48,195 bases of DNA, from positions 1 through 48,195 of the forward strand of contig JBMYQW010000001.1 of NCBI GenBank assembly GCA_049601735.1, in the 5' to 3' direction. The DNA comes from Spirulinaceae cyanobacterium. GTDB taxonomy: Bacteria > Cyanobacteriota > Cyanobacteriia > Cyanobacteriales > Spirulinaceae. A program made the position numbers and the translations under genes. A model generated the notes under the pieces. It worked only from the letters and a program-made list of their open reading frames with translations. It made no database searches and was not told where the DNA came from. How positions within the stretch are numbered: the stretch's first letter is position 1; each line of letters starts with the position of its first letter. This document shows positions 21,001-23,277 of this stretch, one piece after another.

Positions 21001-21985
21001 CCTCACCTTGGGCGAAGCTCCCATCGTAGAGGTAGTCCACGGTGACTTGACCGCTGGTCTCGACGGTGAAGTAGCCTTCGGTAATTCCGGGGGGGCCGTT
21101 ATGCTCTAGGGCAATCGTTTCTCCGTTAATTGTCTGTAGGGTCTGGTCATCCTCAGCCCGCCAATGGTCAAGCTGCGCCGCATTCAGCTCCTGACCCTGC
21201 ACCAGCGCGGCGAATATAGCTCCTTCATCCCCTGCCGTATCGGCAGGGTTCAACTGGGCATCAAAGGCGTGACCGAGTTCTTCGAGGTAGAGCGCCGCCA
21301 CATCTTCAGCTGTACTGTTGAGCAGGACTTCGCGGGCGAGGTAGATTGTGTTGCTGCTCTGGGCATAGGCTCCCCGACCGCCAATTTCGTTACGGCTGAG
21401 AAGTTCAATCGGGGGACGGGATGTTTCCTCAAGCCATTGGCTCACCAGCTCTGATGCTGCCTGGGGTTGCCATGCCGCGCCGAATGTGGTTTCGAGTTGA
21501 GTTGTGAAGTCGGGGTTGGCTTGCCATTGGGAGAGTGCATTACTGGCAACGGTCAATGCTTCGTCTAAGAAGGCGGCTTCCATTTGCCCCAGACTGGGAC
21601 TGGGCAGGGAGACTGGGGTCGGAGGTGCGACCAGTTGGGGTAGTTCGTCTTGGGCAAGCAAGTCCTCTAGCCACGCTCGGGCTGCTTGGCTGGTGGCGGT
21701 GGGGATGGCGTCGGGGTCGAATTCGGGTTCAACGAGCTGACTCAGTTGCTCGGCAATGGGTTCAAAGCCGACTGGGTGAGAGTTGCCGTCTAGGGTGGGT
21801 TCTGGATACAGGGGCGAGTTTTCTGCGGTCAGCCCCCACAGATTCAGGTCGGCGGTTCCGGCGGCGAGCAGCGGGTCTTGATACGTCCCGGCTGTTTCTA
21901 GCGGTTCGGGGAGTTGGAGGAGATTTTCTTCATCGAGCAATAATGCCGATGATTCAAGTGTTTGAGGCGACCCTAGCTGATCCAT
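1..21985 (-). CDS. Giant multidomain Rhs/YD-repeat surface or toxin-like protein, at least 7,328 aa visible, 3' end outside the window
   Basis: The reverse-strand ATG is at 21985-21983, with an in-frame TAA 14 codons upstream. I translated this frame by hand and spot-checked it at 2938, 7390 and 13558. It stays open to position 2. Every minus-strand ORF the track lists below 22 kb ends at a coordinate that is 0 mod 3, which is a different frame. No complete ORF is listed in this frame, as expected for an ORF with no stop in the window. Motifs read: LYLEELGHAFD (N-terminus); three copies of GYFTV...GGD(K/Q)DY(N/D)DY(V/I)FSIEG; NQAPVFTSTPDTEAVVGQNYSYTLAATDANGDVLSY; DPAIVIAIDTSGSV; LGNFQVSFTDLELPVAGIPISVTRTYDS; many YDYDAEGNLIKVTD-type repeats. 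The last residues are YYLEDGMGSVIGLAD. Confidence 0.88.
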   Translation of the reverse strand, partial: MDQLGSPQTLESSALLLDEENLLQLPEPLETAGTYQDPLLAAGTADLNLWGLTAENSPLYPEPTLDGNSHPVGFEPIAEQLSQLVEPEFDPDAIPTATSQAARAWLEDLLAQDELPQLVAPPTPVSLPSPSLGQMEAAFLDEALTVASNALSQWQANPDFTTQLETTFGAAWQPQAASELVSQWLEETSRPPIELLSRNEIGGRGAYAQSSNTIYLAREVLLNSTAEDVAALYLEELGHAFDAQLNPADTAGDEGAIFAALVQGQELNAAQLDHWRAEDDQTLQTINGETIALEHNGPPGITEGYFTVETSGQVTVDYLYDGSFAQGEVGLFSLSGMDLSQLGTLAFTQEALRRALTNTTEGHTVIADTQDGAKIDGINVSGEVYNGPKTVAMTPGDHFGIIITRNNTLQQAKDWNQTSPYISLVPSDDSNASAYQLRAIRSGQNVFAVEDTALPGGDKDYNDYVFSIEGATANVGLVDPHINPSKEWRNSPLEEALLLQPTSPDTEIPYGFIRLTQDNGSNPFDRLSNNGGLSGQILDPSGLVSVEVQVFGGGNGYTDITSQLDANGRFSLDEAQLETIKGAPLNEGGNAAEFKAIDTAGNTYLFVYGYQRDTILNLNWGLDPASDSTPVGDLQTDQSTVTLTGQTDPGSTITLDGQTATVDSSGNFSFTGVTLELGANPFEIVATDNAGNEVRIEQTITRTQPGSDPPQITLDLATDSGSDPSDGITNNPDISGQVTDSNGISLVQVSLNGSAYSDITSQLNPDGTFSLDTAFLTTLNGGTLPDGSYSLELEATDGLGNSDSQTLSFTLDTSTTLTWGLDPSSDSGTPGDQITDERSVTLTGQTDPGSTVTLTTTGQTTTADSSGNFSFSNVDLALGDNTLDITVTDAAGNTTNQSQTLTREFSTAPPAGMSEGYFTVEASGQVTVDYRYDGEAREGEIGIFSLTGMDLTQLGTLAFTQEALRRALTNTPEGHLVISDPQEGAKVDGLFNDGSYQGPKTLAMTPGDQFAVIITRTSTLQQAKDWNQTDPYISLVPSDDSNPGAYQLRSIQNNQNVFAVEDTALPGGDQDYDDYIFSIEGVIANVGLVDSHINPSNDWRNSPLEEALLPQPTSPDTENPYIFVKLSQDNGNSPYDRLSNDGSITGQVIDPSGITTVEVRFTDGSSTYTDITSQINPDGSFSLSEAELEAIRGGPLAEGINSTVEVRAVDTLGNATSNFYGYTRDTQLNLNWGLDPSSDSLPHGDLSTDQSTVTLTGQTDPGSTITLDGQTATVDSSGNFSFTGIALALGANPFEIIATDNAGNEVRLEQTVNRFDPAITPPAIALDLTSDSGSDASDGITHSPDISGQVTDSNGISLVQVSLNGSAYSDITSQLNPDGTFSLDTAFLTTLNGGSLPDGSYSLELEATDGLGNSGSQTLNFTLDTATTLSWGLDPASDSDPIGDLTTTAGSITLTGQTDPNSSVTLTTTGETTTADSSGNFSFTNIALNLGDNILDIAATDAAGNTLNQSQTITRELDTAPPAGISKGYFTVDATGQVTIDYLYDDGSYESELGIFSLAGMDLSQLGTPAFEQEALRRALSGTTEGHLVISDPQEGAKIDSIFNQGTYPGPRTVAMNPGDHFGVIAVRNRTLQAVYDGLNHDTYISLVPDDNSNPGAIQFGAAQAGRNIFVLEDIRLPSGDQDFNDIIFTFDGVIANIDTIDANIDPAQDWRNGPLGDVILYPEGADPDTKGPLIYVTLTEDTGANPYDRLTKNPNLNGQVVDPGGVSNLQGRFNDGDAFLDIAFQPDGRFSLDETQQAQLNNGVPLPDGSYTLQLKATDVAGNESFFYYVYEIDRAISLDWGLSPGSDTDPQGDLQTAQGIVTLTGQTDPGSSVTLIETGATATADANGNFSFSGIELIEGTNDFTIEVEDLAGNQTSLNQTITRVGLLPTIQLTENSDFTVEEQIDLQIPSEPSFLNFTINSLVFDTDNPGAINDAFEVSLLDAEGNAITHTLGQGRTALINFTEGEDPALAPGVTYDAATGEVSIDVSHLPAGTDVILDLRLVNNDSTVDGVADVDTATTVTLAGISDQNFVAVPTGHETATAVLNSRLDVEPITDFSLLENITSSVNTLYGQTSLNAGSEVLFAELMLENGGTYAADAPLLVVIDNLSDPAVVPLQSDGVLPDGRPYYDFSQYVDEDGSFDPGEVTAAGWIQFYNPTGEQFSYDVTVLGELNQAPVFTSTPDTEAVVGQNYSYTLAATDANGDVLSYRLLVAPSDLVLETDSETGEASLVWTAPDSSDAGTYAVVVEVSDGRGGIDIQTYTLDVVDGVPNRPPLFTSTPEVDAWLGQEYNYLAQAVDPDGDVLLYDLIFGPEGMTINTETGKITWQPEPFFNLGDTVFGKISLPGEVDEYTFYGRAGQEIYFDPLVAQDWQFEIVSPTGETLPAVTFEDPALFRLNESGRYQIKVSPGEISDEVGQYGFSLIDPSLAPVATFDEIVSGAAFGSQDSLYRFEGVAGQKLFIDDLVDTGVHWVLYGPDRNQIFNVDSISDSIAEQELPQSGEYLLVVEGATTPADAVDYAFEIITPTTQEYALGNLIGTNETPQLIASEITEKGEQDLYTFTGQAGQRLLLDLIEKEAGTNFIVKLRSPSGDESAISHFSYLGGDSNPITLTQDGTYTLEVDGSQASTGDYRFNIIDLEQGATPLNFDTPINGTLSVPLESGSEAGRNAHVYTFSGQAGERLYFDSSTYSSASWSLYDSGNQPVYFDSTGQDKEILLRKDDTYTLVIHGSNSSNTPIDYEFEVITPLTIDSGAVALASTSTVPQQPITGTLGEIGEWHTYTFTGQKGQNLFLNELADNPNIQVRIVAPSGRYWRPGSSNNAFNSASNPIRDFSTISDRSFELIEDGEYEVIVKGYEDRLGDYNFQLIDVDASTEFLVGQPLNGTIAPQAKQFYRFTGNVGERIYLDGLAGSNLEAIWYLPDGGQDWLSQYDAEIVIGSEQAYYLALTNKSNSPLAYDLEAIASSDTSAQIGLNTQQSGNIDVLGDQDTYTFTGQTGQQLFVELQDGTSSITYKVISPSGDQSDFGNSAIADGQTTKQGELLTLTEPGEYQIIFDGIFDGNNEALGSYQFQVKTVTPIHFNEPQSGTLSSGETEIYTFKAQTGQKLAFDAISGGDDFMVTVYNQAGQSIFSGPANQDAEPLEFGNPIALNSDNTYQVHLTGTGDYHFQIPFTTSFTPIIRQDVTTTLDFNTPTSINLPPDTPQLYKFQGEPGQSLWFDFLGSGSGSTVFKVHQPSGEVINLAAGSWTGRIGPSGLHHVILNESGEHYLEFGTPTYHSLNAELQVLTDTNLPTQTGNFTDDITLTAGSTKLYKLSGQVGDKVLFNRTEWSNSESFYLYNAQTNTRVGLSEKSPHVLDEPGDYYLAIESSQYVPQNDAQFQFLTDADATLVDLNNDPVLTGSFGAQNRDAHLYKFTAAQGERLYFDQLSSHASYDLYKPSGGFAGSSHDLKQGLPVDGEYLLVVYGNGSNSNYELQLVSTPEAIAHPPLTWTTTPLGERVTGDGTQPFVSGTLTERGEQHLYTFTGEANQQIWFDGLSTQSGIITDLLSPSGQTIWSSQGTNQDSSLSTGAFRLPEAGTYQLIVDGSSATTGDYQFRIMDVDQAPVMTEANGSIALSGDFGGDNETRIYQLDGTAGQSLYVDHHNGSYRYNLYAPDGQIFLDHIPGYWGGFNSNDLANNFSLPTDGRYTLVVHSASLGSYDFEIISPDFALPQALSFGVPTSGTISETGETDFFEFEGNAGQHLWFDNLLANGDLQATLYAPSGIKVGNVTRFLSNVINDPLNDPGSDAELRLVLPEDGTYRLEIDGYYDGVGDYQFQLLDASGQDAPLQTWDAMTDTIRLQNNDTTPETVDLYRFTGVEGETLFVDVNEQAGGLNYTLYDADGVRWQFPKSGDSGRLTLPYTGEYLLAVSNSSGYDLTLVTPDTTTTPYTLGETIVGSLNEPQETDEYSFYAQPGQKIWFDGLTGNANNYIRYTLIAPSGKALSQQRSTASDAPPPQNSGEAQYVYSLEEIGTYTVKVEAYSTSVDTVGDYSLRILDVDNAPRLNPDEPDSMQISGSLAAGAKSVEIYRFSGVAGQPFYLEDKLNDNSQTAGGQYRFQVIGPDGKAINLSTPTGADKELMTLPQDGDYTLVVESQGVAADYDIQVYLPHSATADLTLGTTVSGTVSELGEQDTFTFTGATGQKLFFDELVKDANLNIQLYAPGETTGTVLNDTKAITLTAPGAYRVVIEGIDGQPYPGAAYTFQLSDLATTPALPLGSPTTGQVAPQTTDLYHFTGTRGQILDLDLDDLTTDPGVEWVLYDSGNAEIARSSDANDFAATLPANGQYTLAVINSGATPLNYGVTATPAAGLPPLTNDLNRAVSGTITTTGPETYTITGNVGTQVFFTLPPNINGSITARLIAPDGSTEIFSANQNEHLTAVLPQQGDYTLEITGSLNSNYQFELVEFPASTRGANYLEVGHAVQDTLTNYETKVYTFNGANGVRYLFNGLEGNNVEATIYKPNGQVLASTKTGEDIDEILTLTEEGVYQLVLRGTQAGTQTSKFQILELSTATELTPNLATSVTIAPKEYVAQRITAEAGQTLFLDHLSGLGEIEVYGPNNQLVPLTVSSDTSNQDARSIELPQSGEYTIVVKNEGSSASTYEFIPYLHAAARPDLVTPGTGENSADALDGEGSSLGTYTVTVEADDGRGGRALQTYAIKLWPDPENNAPNILSQPVEKVALDQGMYRYQLTALDADGDALKYRLVDAPVGAVISTDTGELLWFPSDAVTAGNPETFTVEVTDGRGGFDTQTFDVTPHESLGTIQGTVFDDLNGNGLRDSLLIQGDDPAIVIAIDTSGSVAAPFPGPDGIETVLDAQIAATKGLIESYISQGLGNQIKIAIAGHNTGTTGTLPHDWIPGGDLDAFITPEADYDGNGTPDILEYLDALTPAFIPGHDGTDIQGAIDDISQYIDVLGTENPNVIFLSDGYDGGVTLPENRAALAASAQAIRDTGATLSAFAVGPYSTITTMTPIDPNVRQLLDVEEFVDILSGKDAAYQLEPDLAGITVYLDTNNNGQLDLDPNGDGVFDDSEPWQVTGEQNTDSLVERAFVGYRFENLPLSDTENYVIRAIRPEAYGQTATNPDDDPTTSDPWIVQVKDGEPVERWFGLHDGEANRPNGDPSFVTTAPDVVLAGGESFRYSANAVDPDADILTYDLALEPDGMAVDPDTGIVVWNPTKAQVEDYYAELREVQARLTAFGRPDAAPTSVKFDVLLIAKDGNGGQALQTIEVELEAPNQAPIFTSTFPETVEPQLGKTLTYQAAAFDWDDADQENLTYSLIDSPSGVNLTADGTLTWTPSSLGEQEITIQVSDPQGATDIQTIRTTVIEAVTNRPPELQSTPPTSIRLGANYFHVLKATDPDGDALTYQFVQENGNDVAPAGMTIDSEGNIFWQPDASQIDEHRVKVAISDGTDILEYEWTIDAFNFAENRPPRITSIPEQQTNIERRYRYDATASDPDGDTLLWRLIEAPRGMVIDPLTGAVSWQPQSDQIGDHIIIIETIDPSGVASGQEFTLSVSGANKPPTIYSTPPTQGSTNKDYRYTVVAQDIEGDALTYQFSEAPTGMTIDPLTGDVLWTPNTAGSYTAEVVVTDAQGGSTSQRFTVEVSTPETNPQVANSPHSITSLPSYVADTTVPYTYALEIDDPEGKTNGEFNYQILNWDALVAQGFDATSLYIDSQGVLNWTFDGTNANQQYDIVVAAADDEHGAVQGFTVTVLENQAPILNSQAPDTAAVGQEYVYDLKAIDPEGQELTYTIADIPGHQAALDAGVTIDELGRIRWTPDADDVGSLPAFTVTITDPLGGETTETINLTVIQDDVAPQVVIRPVGVISDALDPANDFEKDVSQGNTMMFQVRGIDDVKLKSLQLETQLNNGDWVAVPLDSRGVAIVPVGQPGETLELRATATDTADNESSKTLQIGFFNSQSNAEVTIDLNLDNLKAEAGDTALVSTPTPIYGTVLNSEGDTVSYKLEAIPRDGSEPITIFEQTNVPEIDGSKPDAQPLGTFDPSLLPNDSYMLRLTASETTGGSTGFFEEQVEVIGELKLGNFQVSFTDLELPVAGIPISVTRTYDSMTAHQSDNFGQGWRLEFRDTNLQVSVRSQTPEEELVGRYPAFTENTRVFVTLPGGKRTSFRFQPVLNEEFAEAGLTTFASLTPYSPAFVAEDGSGLTLSVKGTVILEDQNNGEYRAVDGTPYNPADFRFGGQYTLTTRDGIEYQIDPESGDLLTATDTNGNKLTFTDAGISSDTGVTVRFERDAEGRIVKVIDPRDNVITYDYDAEGNLIKVTDAENNETEFFYEDPNRDHFLTRIEDPLDRPAVRTEYLPDGKLKKIFDADGDPIEFEYDPDSNTQITKDALGNPTLHEYDDIGNVIRQENAAGHTVIFKYEDPNDPHLLTQTIDANGNVVNYTYDAERNLTSRTELHDPSNSDPATTYYTYNEYGQQTSVTLPTGATFEMGYNSQGNLTALKDGDGNVIQSWIYLPNGNLIQETDQYGTTYYGDFDAFGNPGWMQDANGDVTEMEYNANGDLERMIENPGTPEEEVSLFTYDSLGREDYVDYGDGLYVDYDYEGAGGDWTYLESPTIGTIERKFTDDGKLGGWVTPEGENLTFTYHDNGQLWQEITPDGTTTYLYNDPLGRVTEVTDENTGIKTLTYYDEHQTTLGDGYTDPDALNDNLLGQVAAREIRLPDGTSYITHYTYYTDGQIKTMTDANGELWRYEYTDTTTTVIDPLGRRTTSTQTAEYLPDSTQYADGTSTSAEYLYDNNLLEGSDYPTEITDRGGRDRDFTYDEFGRLESATDWGDTVYTFHYDGADYDYSVQTPTGETILGYNYTDNGEIETIVYGDGGNSRSFVYDPVTNELMRETLPSGAVVDYTYDPDTGLETRRTETDNGNVVSDVTFGYDPDTNQLTTVTENAGTTETTTYLYEPDTGAFAGLEYPDGSKVEYGYDALGRMSSVKVTAEPDGVNPPETFETTYEYDGNNNLTKVVDPLTGTTTMTYDEVNRLTERTLPNGIKTVYTYKENTDYIESITHYAPEPNSTTELASVTYERAPGGEPTKITREDGSYVELDYDPSLRLESEAYYDDQGVLIEEITYTYDADGNRQSVSSGVAEGTYDYGDSIHQLSTIVTDSGTETYRYDDGGRVDQIVRDGETFNLIYNSDDLLVNVTDANGVSIVSYDYDSEGRRVEMSDERGTRDYLVAPNPGDGLASPHLISDAAGDPLAAYVYAGSMPLMRLDELGNPVYYLEDGMGSVIGLAD
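2..3650 (-). repeat. Rhs/YD-repeat shell region of the giant protein (C-terminal part, continues off-window)
   Basis: Translation reads GNFQVSFTDLELPVAGIPISVTRTYDS, the typical entry motif of Rhs/teneurin-type shells. It is followed by repeated Y-D/G-N-L-x-x-x-x-D units, for example FTYDAEGNLIKVTDAENNETEFFYE, YTYDAERNLTSRTE and FVYDPVTNELMRETLPSG. It ends at the window edge in YYLEDGMGSVIGLAD, which resembles the Rhs repeat-associated core. Confidence 0.8.
4300..6400 (-). repeat. About seven tandem cadherin-like (He_PIG / dystroglycan-type) domains within the giant protein
   Basis: Units of about 95 aa recur. Each begins N(Q/R/K)(A/P)P-x-(F/I/L)-x-S and contains Y-x-Y-x-x-x-A-x-D-P-(D/E)-G-D-x-L-T-Y and G-x-(L/I/V)-x-W-x-P. 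Examples: NRPPRITSIPEQQTNIERRYRYDATASDPDGDTLLW and NKPPTIYSTPPTQGSTNKDYRYTVVAQDIEGDALTY. Further copies lie at about 14890-15350 and about 7460-7800. Confidence 0.65.
6800..7400 (-). other. von Willebrand factor A (VWA) domain inside the giant protein, flanked by SdrD-B-like segments
   Basis: The reverse complement of 7390-7349 encodes DPAIVIAIDTSGSV, which carries the MIDAS DxSxS motif. Further on the translation reads NVIFLSDGYDG and TLSAFAVG, typical VWA strands. The flanks read GTIQGTVFDDLNGNGLRDS and AGITVYLDTNNNGQLDLDPNGDG. Confidence 0.7.
7925..14870 (-). repeat. Array of about 22 tandem beta-sandwich repeats of about 105 aa (PPC / pre-peptidase C-terminal-like) within the giant protein
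   Basis: I counted 22 occurrences of the unit signature (G/S)-E-x-D-x-Y-x-F-x-G-x-x-G-Q-x-(L/I)-(F/Y/W)-(F/L/V)-D. Each is followed about 60 aa later by (D/E)-G-x-Y-x-(L/V)-x-(V/I) ... GDY-x-F-x-(L/I)-x-D. Examples: GEQDLYTFTGQAGQRLLLD, GEWHTYTFTGQKGQNLFLN, GETDFFEFEGNAGQHLWFD. The family name is an assignment by eye only. Confidence 0.6.
16200..21100 (-). repeat. Three tandem copies (the third partial) of a 1.84-kb coding module: DUF4114-like domain plus Ig-like domains
   Basis: The anchor sequence ggtgaagtagcc(t)t(c/t)g, the reverse complement of the codons for GYFT, recurs at about 21065, 19229 and 17393. The spacings are about 1835 and 1837 bp. Protein blocks are conserved between copies: G(I/M)(T/S)(E/K)GYFTV(E/D)(T/A)(S/T)GQVT(V/I)DY, FTQEALRRAL, and LTGQTDPGS(T/S)(I/V)TL...ADSSGNFSF. 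Confidence 0.8.
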
Positions 21986-22557
21986 GCTGCACCTGAGCAA
22001 ACTATGCGAGTTTTGTTGATGTTGGTCTTAAAACTAGCCAATTTGAATGTTCAGAAATACACCCAATCGCTCAGAACATCACAATTTTCAATCATTCAAA
22101 TCGTGCTTGCTCTAGCTCTGTTTAAGACGCTGCGATAGTAGCACGGAAATCGCTCTTCTTTCGGAGATCTCGGGCGATTGCTTTACAATCCGTCAATTTC
22201 ATCGAACGGGTTAAGATTTAGTTCGCTTTTGAGCATTTTCTACGTGTTTTCAATGGGCAGCTCCCTAGGAAAAAGCCGAGTCCGCTGCTTTTTACGTGGA
22301 TCTACGCAGCTTAATCAGTACTGGTCTTATTCTGTCTCAGGGTTATGGCGGTGCTCTTGATTCAACATCCATTTTGAGTCGGGTTTAAGTTCGTTTTTGA
22401 AGACCTAGAAACCTGGGTTATACAGGGGCTAAACTGGGTCTCCTTAGAAATACGGAGAGACGAAAGGATGTGTTTTGCGGTAGGGTTACGAGCCGAGGAT
22501 CAATGCTGACCCAGTTGGTGGTTGGTGTTGGATTCTTTCGCAATCAGGGGTGTGGTC

Positions 22558-23277
22558 ATGACAGCAGGTATGGCAATGGGGTCGTTGCTCCAGGTGGGGG
22601 ACTATTCTCTCACCCCCGACGAATTACTCGCTTGCTTACGGCGCTATCAGCTCCTGCCGCAGTTGGAGCGGGAACTACGGATTGACCGGGCGATTTCCGA
22701 AGTTGCCTGTAGTGAAAAAGAAGTGCAGTTTGCCTGCGAGCAGTTCTACGCTGGGCGTCAGCTCCAAGGTGAGGGGCAACGGCAACAATGGCATCAGCGC
22801 CAAGGGCTCTCGGTTGAAGATTTAACGGTCATGGCGAGTCGTCAGGTACGCCTTGCCAAGTTCAAGCAGCAGACCTGGGACCATCAGGTGGAGTCCTACT
22901 TCCTCAAGCGCAAGTCAGACTTGGATCGCTACAGTTTCTCTCTCTTGCGCCTGCCGGAGTTGGGCATTGCTCAGGAGCTTTACTACCGTTTGGAGTTGGG
23001 AGAGCAGACGTTCGCTCAGGTGGTCGCGGAGCAGGGCAGCGATGCAGAACGTCAAGCTGGGGGACGCATTGGCCCGGTCTCTCTGGGTCAGCTCTCACCC
23101 CCCCTGAGCCGTTGTCTCAAAGCCAACCCGCCGGGGACGGTTGTGCCACCGTTTGAGTTGGGAGAGGGCGTTGTCCTGGTTCAGGTGGGCGAGGTGCATC
23201 CGGCACGGCTCGATGAGGCGATGCGACGGCAACTCCTCGATGAGTTGTTCGAGCAATGGCTGGCAGGGCAATCATGA
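22558..23277 (+). CDS. Parvulin-like (PpiC-type) peptidyl-prolyl isomerase domain protein, first gene of the secretion operon
   Basis: This is track ORF 22522-23277, which starts on TTG. I prefer the in-frame ATG at 22558 (MTAGMAMGSLLQVGDYSLTPDELL...). The C-terminal half reads FAQVVAEQGSDAERQAGGRIGPVSLGQLSPPLSRCLKANPPGTVVPPFELGEGVVLVQV. This follows the parvulin pattern F..LA...S.D..S...GG.LG....G.L.P. The stop overlaps the possible ABC start at 23274 (ATGA). Confidence 0.6.
   Translation: MTAGMAMGSLLQVGDYSLTPDELLACLRRYQLLPQLERELRIDRAISEVACSEKEVQFACEQFYAGRQLQGEGQRQQWHQRQGLSVEDLTVMASRQVRLAKFKQQTWDHQVESYFLKRKSDLDRYSFSLLRLPELGIAQELYYRLELGEQTFAQVVAEQGSDAERQAGGRIGPVSLGQLSPPLSRCLKANPPGTVVPPFELGEGVVLVQVGEVHPARLDEAMRRQLLDELFEQWLAGQS

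Noticed and set aside
7925-21100. Regularly spaced repeats that might suggest a CRISPR array or other non-coding tandem repeat.
   Set aside because: The periods are about 315 bp and about 1.84 kb. The units are diverged and in frame, and they translate into protein domains within one ORF. No short identical direct repeats with unique spacers occur anywhere in the window.
1-21985. RTX-type GGxGxD nonapeptide repeats or a C-terminal T1SS signal in the giant protein, which would directly link it to the ABC/HlyD operon.
   Set aside because: I saw no run of such nonapeptides in the visible 7,328 aa, and the C-terminus is outside the window. The secretion link therefore remains a hypothesis from gene neighbourhood only.
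680-21996. Dozens of plus-strand and alternative-frame minus-strand ORFs of 60-204 aa listed by the track across the first 22 kb, for example 2237-2851, 6176-6745, 16184-16678, 17615-18010, 18920-19339 and 21535-21996.
   Set aside because: They all lie inside, antisense to, or out of frame with the single uninterrupted giant ORF. Their translations are low-complexity (G/V/A- or P/T/S-rich) mirror images of its repeats and carry no recognisable motif. They are shadow ORFs of a high-GC repetitive gene.
22000-22557. Imperfect direct repeats gggttaagatttagttcgcttttgag (22208-22233) and gggtttaagttcgtttttgaag (22381-22402), plus an A/T-stem hairpin (about 22271-22294), in the divergent promoter region. 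These were considered as regulator binding sites or a small RNA.
   Set aside because: The similarity is short and gapped and the hairpin stem is only A/T plus GC. Without conservation or expression data this is not distinguishable from chance in a 570-bp AT-richer intergenic region.
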